A stretch of DNA of 60,503 nt, filler included, from Squatina squatina (Eukaryota): NCBI GenBank assembly GCA_031763465.1. It is 3 parts of 2 records of this genome, joined end to end, with 100 filler letters (N's around TTAATTAATTAA, not from the genome) between each part and the next. Parts side by side here need not be neighbours in the genome. Positions count along the whole stretch, not along the records: positions 23,201 to 43,327 come from JARFOE010000007.1; 2 more parts are not named here. One strand, written 5' to 3'. A program made the translations under genes and the position numbers. The notes below the pieces were generated by a model. It did no database searches, was not told where the DNA came from, and saw nothing but the letters and a program-made list of their open reading frames with translations. Below are positions 25,588-35,893 of the stretch, in pieces. The number at the start of each line of letters is the position of its first letter. The stretch's first letter is position 1.

Positions 25588-26090
25588 TCTATATTTCCAC
25601 CTCTGTAACATCACCCAGCTCTGCCCTGCCTCAGCTCATCTACTGCTGAAACCTTCACCCATGATGTGTTACTTCTAGACCTGACTATTCCAATGCTCTT
25701 CTAACTGGCCTCCCATCTTTACCCTCCATAAGCTTGAGCTCATCCAAAATTCTGCTGCCCTACTTTGCACCAAGTCCCGTTCACCCATCGCTCATTGGCT
25801 CCCGGTTCAGCAACACCTCAATTTTAAAGACTTCCTCCATGTTTACAAATCCCTCCATGGCCTCGCTCCTCTCTATCTCTATGAACTCCTCCAGCCCTAC
25901 AACCCTCTGAGATATCTGCAGTCCTCCAATTGTGGCCTCTTGCACATCCGCGATTTTAGTCCCCCAACCATTAGTGGCTGTGCCTTCACCTGCTTAAGCC
26001 CCCAGCTCTGGAATTTCCCCCCAAACCTCTCTGCCTTTCTACTTCTCTCTCCATCATGACCAAGTATCACAAGTTATTGTTGTTGGTCTC
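25588..26090 (+). mobile_element. LINE2 ORF2 C-terminal and 3' fragment
   Basis: tctagacctgactattccaatgctctt...atccaaaattctgctgcc, a degenerate SRLDYSNA..IQNSAA motif; a related piece lies at 28470-28603. Confidence 0.8.
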
Positions 26091-26306
26091 ACGAACGGGA
26101 ATTCCTCAGACTGACTGAAATTCTACAAAGTGCCACCTGGGGGCAATAATGTCTTCACCACAATGCAGTGTGCACAATCCTGAACTGTATTCAGAAAATC
26201 AACAGTGAATATGTTCCTCTAAAATCCAAGATGTTAAATCAAAATCAAGGATATTGAGGTGAACAAGGAAATGAAAATACTGAAAGAAAATAAGACATGC
26301 AATCAC

Positions 26307-26405
26307 CTTATCAGCTAGTTTTAAATTTACACCTGCTATCAGGATCATTTCGGCAATGACCTGCCTCCCATTCTCTGCTGCGATGTGAAGTGCAGTCTGC
26401 TGCCT
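26307..26405 (-). CDS. ANKDD1A: Ankyrin repeat and death domain-containing 1A, single-ankyrin exon (99 nt, phase 0-0)
   Basis: ttttcccacag|RQQTALHIAAENGRQVIAEMILIAGVNLKLADK|gtgatt; matches recalled human [33 protein letters not shown]. ANKDD1A neighbours SPG21 in human. Confidence 0.9.
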
Positions 26406-26984
26406 CTGTGGGAAAATCATTCGCAACTCGTTAATACAAATCATCACAAACTATCTGCTCATGTGATGTTAGATTGCTCTCAGTCCAAGGCACTCAGGTG
26501 TAAATAATGCGGAGCCGATAGCAGCATTATGTTCCCCATGCAGAGTGTTCCTCATAGGGAATGGAACAACACTCCGCTTGAAACCACGGGCAGGTGAAGG
26601 AGGCACAAACCAGAATCTTTGGACACAGGAATTGTGCAAAGGATCAGAGGAGAGAAATATTACACCCTGTTCAAAAAGGGGCAAAGCTAAACTAAGAAAT
26701 GATGGGGAATTAGTCTTAGCCTGTTTGTGGATATACATCTAAGGTCCATAATAAAGGATGAAATTAGTGAACCCTTACAGAGGCACAGACTCATGAGGAT
26801 CAGGACAGACTGTGCTGAAACACCTGGGGGTGTGTGGGGTGGGNNNNNNNNNNNNNNNNNNNNNNNNNNNNNNNNNNNNNNNNNNNNNNNNNNNNNNNNN
26901 NNNNNNNNNNNNNNNNNNNNNNNNNNNNNNNNNNNNNNNNNNNAGCCACTCATAAGACAATATTTGCACAGATTTATTTTTCAA

Positions 26985-27320
26985 GAGAGGGACATGGTGA
27001 GGCAAGGGCAAGGAGGGAGGGGGTGAAGGAGTGGGAGGGGAGAACAAAGAGGAGAGTAAAAGGAAGCAGAGGAAAGTTGGAGGAGGTTTGAGGAGAATGA
27101 AAGGGAAAAGCACGAGACATGGGTTGGGGCAGGGGACAAAACAGAAAATGGTTGGAGGAGATGGGGGGAGAAAGGGAGAGGCTAGGGCAAGAAGGTAGAG
27201 GAGAGAGAGTGGAGACTGGAGGGAAGAAAAAGGGGAGAGAGAGAAAAGTGGGGAGGAACAGGGGAGAAGAGATAGAGGGGCAAAGGAGGATGAGAGAAGG
27301 AAAGGAGTGGGAGGAAAGAA
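26985..27320. repeat. Purine-rich (GA) low-complexity tract
   Basis: About 330 nt of mostly G/A; a similar tract lies at 40655-40950. Confidence 0.85.
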
Positions 27321-27662
27321 ATACCTTGCATTCACATTGCGCCATCCCTCAGGACGTCCGATTATGTTTCACAGCCAATTAATTACTTTTGAAGTGCAAT
27401 CACCGTTGTGTTGGAGGCAAAAACAGCAGCCAATTTGTGAACAGCAAGATCCCACAATTAGGAAGCAGCTAACCTGCTTTTAGTGCTGTTAGTTGATGTA
27501 CATACATTGGTCAGGACACTGGGAGAACTCCCTGCTATTCTTTGCATAGTGTCATAGAACCTTTTAGATCCACTAGAATTGGTAGATAGGGACTCGGTTT
27601 AAGTTCTCATCCAAAAGACGACACCTCTGACGATGCAGTACTTCCTCAGTGCTGCACTGAAC
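27315..27662 (-). mobile_element. SacSINE1/DeuSINE-like SINE, 5'-truncated
   Basis: Reverse complement of the body and tail of the copy at 36971-37417. Confidence 0.8.
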
Positions 27663-28255
27663 TATTATAGAAACCTGAAACCCACCAAAATACTAACATT
27701 GACTATAAATATCCTGCAGAATATCTACCTCCTGCTTCCTTTATCCCATTCCCAGTAAACTGCTGACCGACCAACTTCCCTTCCTGGCCCCATGCAGGCT
27801 GACATTGGAAACGCTTCTTTCTCCTCAGGCACTGTCCCCCTTCCTTTCAAAACCACCGTCATCTGGACACAGGTGACCGCATCACCCTCCTCCAACACGT
27901 TCTTTAATATTCACATTCCTGCGTGCAAATCCCTTTATGGCCTTGCTCCGCCCTATCTCTAGAACCCTCAACAGCGTTCAGGCACTGGAATTCCCTCCCT
28001 AAACCTCTCTGGCTCTCCGCACCTTGAAGACCCTTCTTAAAACCCATCTCTGACCTATCTTATGTTCACCCTGATATCTACTTCTTTGACTCTGTCTATT
28101 TTTGCCTGGTTACACTCCTGTGAAGTGCCTTGGGATGTTTTTCTCTACTGAAGGTGCTGTTACAAGTAGTTATTGTAATAATGGCAAGTAGAAAAACCTT
28201 ACAGAATATTAACATTGACTGTGAACTTAGAGAGCTCAACCCCGGCCATACTGAC

Positions 28256-28354
28256 CTTGTCCTTCAAGCCATAGACACAGCCAGAGCCAATTAAGAATTC
28301 CACCACCTCTAGGTTGCCACGACTTGCTGCAAGATGTAATGCTGTTCGTTGCAT
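28256..28354 (-). CDS. ANKDD1A: ANKDD1A earlier single-ankyrin exon (99 nt, phase 0-0)
   Basis: ctattttacag|MQRTALHLAASRGNLEVVEFLIGSGCVYGLKDK|gtcagt; matches recalled human [33 protein letters not shown]. Confidence 0.85.
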
Positions 28355-30105
28355 CTGTAAAATAGCAGAAACAGTGAAATAAACAATACAGAATAAAAGA
28401 TGAAATGAGTATGGATACTCTCCTGGTGCAGGGGATTGCTCACAATCAAAGGCTGAATGTCTACCCTCCTCCGTGCTTTTGCTACCTCCAGGCTCGATTA
28501 TTCCAACACTCGCCAGCCGATCTCCCATCTTCAACCCTCCATAAACCAGAGCTCATCCAAAACTCTGCTGCTGTGTCCTAACTCGCACCAAGTCCCACTC
28601 ACCNNNNNNNNNNNNNNNNNNNNNNNNNNNNNNNNNNNNNNNNNNNNNNNNNNNNNNNNNNNNNNNNNNNNNNNNNNNNNNNNNNNNNNNNNNNNNNNNN
28701 NNNAGAGGTATGAGTATGGGCAGGATGTTGCTGTACTGGGAAAAGTCAGTTTGACTGTAACTGGATGTGATGTATTGCCACAGGAACGTCAGGAAGCGGA
28801 TCGAATGTTCAAAGGCAAACGTGGGGCACAGCTTGCAAAGGATATAACCAAGAAAACCAAGACGTAAGATACAGATACTAAATTTGACTTGGCATCTTGC
28901 CTCAGAAACACTGCAATTGGGGATTATTGCTAGCTGAGAATTAGCCTGTTAAAGAAGAAGCTACTGTCCTTGTGCAGGCGAGTCAGTATTTACAAATTGC
29001 TGGTTTCTTGACAGATTGTGTAAAATGCTGCCTTTCCGGAGGCTTGGTGTTTCTGAGGGAAGCTGTTCAAGTAATGCTCCATTCGGGGGAGCTCTGTAAA
29101 ATGTATCAGTTTATGAAAAGATCAGATACTGCACTGGTTTTTAAACTTAAGGCTTTAAAGGTCCGGAGAAGTATTTCTGGGGGAACCATCAATGACTAAA
29201 TGCTGTGTGTTTTGTTCTGAAGTTTCACACCAGGTGCAGGGTTGTCAGGGGAGAAGAAAAAACCTGGACCTTCTGCACCCGAAGTAGAAGCAATTAAGNN
29301 NNNNNNNNNNNNNNNNNNNNNNNNNNNNNNNNNNNNNNNNNNNNNNNNNNNNNNNNNNNNNNNNNNNNNNNNNNNNNNNNNNNNNNNNNNNNNNNNNNGG
29401 TGAGGTGAGGGGAGTGAGTTACCCAGGACTTGGTGGGGGAGGTGAGTGTTGCGGAAGGGGGCACCTTGGGCTGCTGTTGGGCCCGTCGTTACTCTTGGTG
29501 TGAGGGGTGAGTGTGAGGAGCGGATTTTGCTAATGCCACCAGTGTGGGAGGTTTGGGAAGCTGTGGAGAATGGAGAGACTCTGGGTTACTGGGTTGGGCA
29601 GGGTGCAGATGGAGGTTACATGGATCAGTGAGAGGGAACAGGTGGAATCGGGGTGAACTGACGATGGAAAGATACTGAAAGGTTGTGGATGAGCAGAGAC
29701 CCAGGTGTTCAAACACAGAATCACCTGAGAGTGGCAGCAGGGTCTCAGGGAACTCTAATTGGTGGTCAACTCTTTGACTCTGCATTGTTTGAGATTTCTG
29801 GGCTGGTTTATAGTTGGGGATTTAGCCCCAGTTCTGCCCTTCCTAATGGTATCCAGTTGTCCAGCACCTGAGCCCGTTCTCATCCCAAACCCACTGGGCC
29901 ACTGGGTGAGATCAGGAGCAGGAACCCTGGCTGGTTCCCCTCCCCCACCTGCCCCAGGGACCCAGCAGAATAATCCGTAGTGTCAGATTTTAGCCAACTG
30001 ACAGGGACATGAAGCCACGAATGAGTGGGCCCAAGCTCGGCTGTTTGCATTTATTATTTTCACAGATGGGTAAAGTGTCAGCGGTTGTTTCTGTTTTCCT
30101 TTCAG

Positions 30106-30249
30106 CGACGCAGGTGCTGCACATCCTGTCTGAATATGGCTGGTACATCCTCTTCAGCTGCATTGCTGGCTACTTGGTGCTGCAGAGAATCAGTGGTATG
30201 CTACAGGCGAAGAGTCGCAAGTGGACGCAAGCATCAGAGGCCCAGCTCG
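30106..30249 (+). CDS. SELENOS: Selenoprotein S (VIMP), transmembrane exon (144 nt, phase 1-1)
   Basis: gttttcctttcag|..TQVLHILSEYGWYILFSCIAGYLVLQRISGMLQAKSRKWTQASEAQL..|gtacaa; YGWYIxFSCI motif; upstream of and co-oriented with CHSY1, as in human. Confidence 0.9.
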
Positions 30250-30592
30250 GTACAAACTTTGCCTTATTTACATTGTCGAGTGAGCTTTGCTTCTGTCAGC
30301 TTGTTTTTCTAAATGTGTTTTGAACTTGCCTTTCATCCAGTGAACTAAAAGATTCGAAGCTTCAAGGTTGGGCAGCAGTCGCACATTAGAATTATTTTAT
30401 GAATTTGTAACCTTCAAATCTGAATGGGTAGAATTAAAAAAAAATAATCCAGTGAGTCTTGAAAGCATCTGGCAAGGATGGGCTGCCTTGTGNNNNNNNN
30501 NNNNNNNNNNNNNNNNNNNNNNNNNNNNNNNNNNNNNNNNNNNNNNNNNNNNNNNNNNNNNNNNNNNNNNNNNNNNNNNNNNNNNNNNNNNN

Positions 30593-31278
30593 CCTCCCGG
30601 CTCGTCGTGCCCCGCGCCGCCAACCTGCGCAAGGTGCCGCGGCGGAGCGCCAGCCTGGGGTGCGGGCGGCGGGCGGCGGGACAGGCCGAGGCCGGGCTCG
30701 GGGCCTCGGACTCGCGCTTCATGTACGTGGGGGTGATGAGCGCCAAGAAGTACTTGAGGAGCCGGGCGGTGGCGGCGCACCGGACCTGGGCCCGCCACAT
30801 CCCCGGCAAGGTGGAGTTCTTCTCGAGCGAGGGCTCGGAGCTGAGCCTGCCGCTGCCGCTGGTCGCGCTGCCCGGGGTGGACGACACCTACCCGCCGCAG
30901 AAGAAGTCCTTCCTGATGCTCAAGTACATGGCCGAGCGGCACCTGCAGCACTTCGAGTGGTTCGTGCGGGCCGACGACGACACCTACATCCGCGGCGAGA
31001 GGCTGGAGAGCTTCCTGCGGGGCCTCAACAGCAGCCAGCCGCTCTACCTGGGCCAGACCGGCCTCGGCACGCCCGAGGAGCTGGGCAAGCTGGCCCTCGA
31101 GCCCGGCGAGAACTTCTGCATGGGCGGCCCGGGCGTCATCCTGAGCCGCGAGCTGCTCCGCCGGGTGCTGCCGCACATCGGCCAGTGCCTGCGGGAGATG
31201 TACACCACGCACGAGGACCTGGAGGTCGGGCGCTGTGTGCGCAGGTTCGCCGGCGTCCAGTGCGCCTGGTCATACGAG
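30593..31278 (+). CDS. CHSY1: Chondroitin sulfate synthase 1, 5' coding exon (start lost in gap; covers human exons 1+2)
   Basis: SRLVVPRA...YVGVMSAKKYL...GVDDTYPPQKKSFLMLKYM...WFVRADDDTYI...FCMGGPG...HEDLEVGRCVRRFAGVQCAWSYE|gtaagg; CpG-island-like composition. Confidence 0.96.
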
Positions 31279-31404
31279 GTAAGGCCCGGGGGCTCGGCGG
31301 GGTCCTGCAGCCGCCTGGCCTCGCACAGAGCCGGGGCTGGGCGCCAGCCCTGCGGCACAGCTGCTGGCATCCGGCTGAGAGCTCTGTCCGACACCCAGGC
31401 GGCA

Positions 31405-31878
31405 GTGTAGGTGCAAGCATATCGACAGATTCAGTGAATGGGCAAAACTGGCAAATGGGTTTCAATGTAGGCCAATGTGAGATAGGACAGGGGGCTTTCT
31501 AAATGGTGAAAAACTAAAAATAATGGTCCAAAGAAACTTGGGGTGAGGGGCGGGGTGGTGGTCCAGGTACATGGATCATTAAAATATCATGTACAAGTAC
31601 AGAAACTAATCAAAAAGGCTGTTGGAATGCTGGCCTTTATATCTAGAGAACTAGAGTACAAGGGTGTAGAAGTTAAGCTGCAGCTATACAAATCCTTGGT
31701 TAGACCACACCTAGAGCTCTGTGAGCAGTTCTGGGCACCACACCTTAGGAAGGGTATATTGCCCATATCTGAACTCAAAGATTAAATTCCGAGGAGCAAT
31801 TACACAAACTAGGGTTGCATTCCCTAGAATTTCAAAGGTGAAGGGTGATTTGATTAAAGTTTCCAAAATATTAAGGGG
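31405..31878 (+). mobile_element. CR1 LINE fragment in the CHSY1 intron
   Basis: VGMLAFISRELEYKGVEVKLQLYKSLVRPHLELCEQFWAPHLRK; a related fragment lies at 55855-56006. Confidence 0.9.
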
Positions 31879-32109
31879 NNNNNNNNNNNNNNNNNNNNNN
31901 NNNNNNNNNNNNNNNNNNNNNNNNNNNNNNNNNNNNNNNNNNNNNNNNNNNNNNNNNNNNNNNNNNNNNNNNNNNNNNTGGGAGGTGATTGCTGCAGCTA
32001 CATCCGGGCAGAGTGTTGGGAGGGAAGAGAAAGCACAATGGGTGATGTTTGTACATGTACCACCTCCTGAAAGCTTTAGTCTTCAATATTTTTCCTTTTT
32101 CATTTACAG

Positions 32110-32680
32110 ATGCAGCAGTTGTTTTATGAAAACTATGAACAGAATAAAAAAGGCTACATCCAAGATCTCCACAACAGCAAGATCCAGCGGGCAATCACTC
32201 TGCATCCTAACAAGAGTCCAGAGTACCAGTACCGGCTCCACAGCTACATACTGAGCTGCAGGATCGCCGAGCTCCGCTATCGCACCATCCAGCTTCACCG
32301 GGAGATCATGCTGATGGGCAGGTACAGCAACTCCCAGCTTCACAAAGACGACGTTCAGTTGGGAATTCCACCTTCCTTCATGCGTTTCCAGCCTCAGCAC
32401 AGGGAAGAGGTGCTGGAGTGGGAGTTCCTGACGGGGAAACACCTTTATTCAGCTTTCGATGGGCAACCCCCACGGAGAGGGATGGACTCATCTCAGAAAG
32501 AAGCTTTAGACGACATCATCATGCACGTGATGGAAATGATCAATGCAAACGCCAAGACTCGAGGCCGGATCATTGACTTCAAAGAGATTCAGTATGGTTA
32601 CCGAAGGGTTAACCCTATGTATGGGGCCGAGTATGTACTGGACCTGCTCCTTCTCTATAAAAAGCACAAGGGCAAGAAGA
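32110..32680 (+). CDS. CHSY1: CHSY1 last coding exon, 5' part (rest lost in gap)
   Basis: ttttcatttacag|MQQLFYENYEQNKKGYIQDLHNSK...RGRIIDFKEIQYGYRRVNPMYGAEYVLDLLLLYKKHKGKK; phase 0 matches the upstream donor. Confidence 0.97.
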
Positions 32681-33424
32681 NNNNNNNNNNNNNNNNNNNN
32701 NNNNNNNNNNNNNNNNNNNNNNNNNNNNNNNNNNNNNNNNNNNNNNNNNNNNNNNNNNNNNNNNNNNNNNNNNNNNNNNNTGACAACAGGAGAGAGGGAT
32801 CTAGGTGGGGTAAAGAGAAATGAAGAGGGAAAAAGTGGAAATAGAAGTCATGGGCTCGGGTCCAAAGCAGCAGCCAAAGCACGCATGCAAATGGACACGG
32901 GTTACATTGGCCTTGTTGCATGGCAAGATTAGGAGACATACATCCTGGTAGTAAATGGGGAATAGAGAGGAGGCAACAGGAGAGAGTCCAGAGTTAAAGT
33001 CAGAGGTCCCATGGTGGGATAAAAATGATTTTGGTAGGGTGGAGACGGCAGGGAGCATCGATGAACAGAAGTGGCGGGCAAATAAGTCCAGAAGCCATTT
33101 GTAGGGTAGGGTATCAGAGGACACACTGCTGGAAGTATTTCCATGGGAATGAAGATCCAGGAGTTGTGCAGAATCGGTTGTGGGGCAGAAAAATGGCAAA
33201 GTTGTACTCTTGCTTTAATGAGCAGGTGTAACAAACACAAGTCATGTCCCCTGAAGTTAATGTTTACCTTCACATTGTGAGGAGTTTAGGAATTGTTTTT
33301 GTTACATCTTATGTTGTAACTGAGGCAATTCAAAATGTAAATCATCTCAACCAGGTTACATGCAACAAGGCACAAAAATGGTGTATAACTGAACCATTGG
33401 TCTGGCAGGTTAGAGTGTCTGCCC

Positions 33425-33622
33425 TTTAAAAGGACTTGTCTGATTTCAAATCAAAATGTCAAATTAGTTATTTTGCTGTTCAACTCTGATTCAAATCCAG
33501 ACAAAACGAAACAAGTCGAACTGATGAGAGACTACCGGGGAAAATATCCCACAGCAGAGCTGCAGCTTGTCCCGGTGGCGGGGGAGTTTTCTCGGGCTCT
33601 TGCCCTGCAGCTTGGGGCTGCT
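33425..33622 (+). pseudogene. CHSY1: Isolated internal fragment of the CHSY1 last exon
   Basis: FKRTCLISNQNVKLVILLFNSDSNPDKTKQVELMRDYRGKYPTAELQLVPVAGEFSRALALQLG matches recalled human FEKTCLIPNQNVKLVVLLFNSDSNPDKAKQVELMRDYRIKYP...GEFSRALALEVG. Homology stops abruptly on both sides within gap-free sequence. Confidence 0.75.
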
Positions 33623-33954
33623 ATGCATATAGCGCAGGTGCCGTGGCCCAACAGAGACAGCATGAAGATTCATTCAACCCATCATTGGCCCCTCCCTTTC
33701 AGTGAGGGAAGGAGCCTGTAAAGATGGCAGTGCTGCCCTGAACATTGCTCAGCGCTCTGCCGATACCGCCCTTCTCACTCACTTTATCGCTCTGAGCGAA
33801 GTGGTAGTGCTTGATTCAGTTCTCCATGTCCCACTTGGAGCGCTGAAGCGGAAGTTCCCGGCAGCAACTTATCTTTTTTGCCCGGCGATACTTTTGCGCT
33901 CCCTGAAATGTTATCACCCCAAACGGGGTGCTGCACAATTTCTAGGCCCAAGTT

Positions 33955-34205
33955 CATAGAATCATAGAATCTTACAGCAGAGAAAGAGGCCATTCGGACC
34001 ATCATGCCTGTGCCAGCTTTTTGATCGAGCGATCCAATTAGTCCCACTCCACCAGACTTTCCCCAGAGTCCTGCAAATCTTTCCCCTGTGTATCAGATTT
34101 TGTTCTGAATGAAGTTATTGAATCTGCTTCCACCCACCTTTCAGGCAGCACATTCCAGATCACAATAACTCGCTGCGTAATAAAAATTCTCCCCATCTCC
34201 CCTTA
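33955..34205 (-). mobile_element. CR1 LINE 3' end
   Basis: catagaatcatagaatc terminal repeat followed by gaggccattcgg, i.e. the reverse complement of a CR1 3' UTR. Confidence 0.8.
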
Positions 34206-34474
34206 GCATGGAGCGTATTCATCACTGAGCAATCAGCATCAATTTTATTGTTCACAGTGACAGGGAGGTCTTTCAGTTTTAGTATATTTTTAACTGCAGA
34301 AATAATCTAAATTCGAATCTAGCATCTCTCATTATATTTTGCAAAATGTCATCCCTCTCTATTTCTCAATCGTAATCTCTAACCGGTGAATCCAGTACCA
34401 GGGGGCAGTGGCCGTGGAAAGCAGATAACTGGAGTTGAGGTGAGATCAGCCCTGATCTAATTGAATGGTGGCAC

Positions 34475-34805
34475 AGACTCAAGGGGCTGAACGCCCTCCT
34501 CCTGTTCCAATGCAACAGGCTTGATGGACTGAATGGCCTCCTCCCGTTCTAATGAAACAGGCTCGAAGGACTGAATGGTCTGCTGCTGCTCCGCTGTAAG
34601 AGGCTTGATGGACTGAATGGTCTCCTCCTGCTCCTCTGTAAGAGGCTTGATGGACTTAATGGTCTCCTCCTGCTCCTCTGTAAGAGGCTCGAAGGGATGA
34701 ATGCCCTCCTCCTGCTCCTCTGGAAGAGGCTTGATGGACTGAATGGTCTCCTTCTGCTGCTCTGTAAGAGGCTCAAAGGGATGAGTGGCCTCCTTCTGTT
34801 CCTAA
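34475..34805 (+). repeat. 42-bp tandem array (about 8 copies) derived from a CR1 3' UTR motif
   Basis: Unit approximately AGGCTTGATGGACTGAATGGTCTCCTCCTGCTCCTCTGTAAG; a single-copy version ends LINE tails at 8864-8915 and 39847-39940. Confidence 0.9.
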
Positions 34806-35486
34806 TCATCACTGAGCAGTCAGCATCAATTTTATTTTTCACAGTTACTGGTCATCTGGAACGTAATGCCTGAAAGATGGTGGAAGTACAGTAACTTTCA
34901 CAAGGCAATTGGATAAATACTTGTGGAGAAGGTTCACAGGGCTCTGGGGAAAGAGCAGGGGAGTGGAATTAATTGGATAGCTCCACGAAAGAGTCAGCAC
35001 AGGCATGATGAGCTGAATGGACTCCTTCAGTGCTGTAAGATTCTATAATTCTATGAAATTTAAATGTACAGCAGATCAGAGGCAAACAGGGAAACTCTGT
35101 ATATTTGAGACATTTATACATTTTCTCGTTTGCCTTCTTTCTATCGTTCAGTTATTTTGCCCCCTTATCATGGTTGCTGTCATGGTGAGAATTAGCAGGA
35201 AGTATGAGGGTTGAACTGCCTGCTATTCTAAGTGCTGATGTGCTGTCTTCATGTCGATATCTCACTAAAATCAGCAAAANNNNNNNNNNNNNNNNNNNNN
35301 NNNNNNNNNNNNNNNNNNNNNNNNNNNNNNNNNNNNNNNNNNNNNNNNNNNNNNNNNNNNNNNNNNNNNNNNNNNNNNNTTAATAGGTCAAAATACACTT
35401 TGTTATCCTCGTTAGAAATGTTTCACAGGAAAATAGGAGTGATGCCAGAAATGGATAGTTCAGATTAAAGTGTTTGTGTTTTTTAC

Positions 35487-35644
35487 CAAACTGTTCCGGA
35501 CTGAAGGGCAGAAGCCACAGTCAATGCTCTGTCGATGTTCCTGGTGAACACTCCCGCTGTTAGCCCAAAATCACTGGAGTTGGCTCTTCGAATCACCTCC
35601 TCGGTGCTTTTAAACTTCATTATCACTTGCACCGGTCCAAAGAT
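35487..35644 (-). CDS. ALDH1A3: Retinaldehyde dehydrogenase 3, internal exon (158 nt)
   Basis: gccgtag|[52 protein letters not shown](W)|gtaaaa. ALDH1A family; A3 chosen from synteny with CHSY1. Not in the ORF track. Confidence 0.92.
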
Positions 35645-35728
35645 CTACGGCACATGAAAAATACGGGTGATATCTATTCAGTTGCTAAGTAAAATTCACA
35701 TTTAAGGCTTTGGTGCAAGTGACGGTAC

Positions 35729-35893
35729 CTCCTCCCTAGCGATGCGCATGTTGTCTGTCACCTCGGAGAACACTGTGGGCTGAATGTAATGACCCACGTC
35801 ACCAATGGCACAGCCACCAGACTCCAGCCTGGCTCCTTCCTTCTTGCCACTCTCTATTAGCTCCATAATTTTGTCAAACTGTTCTTGGTCAAT
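35729..35893 (-). CDS. ALDH1A3: ALDH1A3 preceding exon (165 nt, phase 0-0)
   Basis: tccacatag|[55 protein letters not shown]|gtaccg; joins across an 84-nt intron to give EE-IFGP. Not in the ORF track. Confidence 0.93.

Noticed and set aside
26775-27382. Pro/Leu/Ser-rich and Gly/Glu/Arg-rich ORFs, also at 40615-40975
   Set aside because: Translations of GA-rich low-complexity tracts.
30250-30492. SECIS element or UGA-Sec codon for SELENOS
   Set aside because: The terminal exon and 3' UTR are not in the window; this stretch is intron.
30397-31502. Long antisense (271 aa) and alternative-frame (347 aa) ORFs over CHSY1
   Set aside because: Expected consequence of extreme GC3 depleting stop codons; both also run through a gap.
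33960-35480. Apparent loss of LRRK1 between CHSY1 and ALDH1A3, and of SNRPA1/PCSK6 beside SELENOS
   Set aside because: The 100-N gaps are of unknown size and demonstrably hide exons elsewhere, so absence is uninformative.
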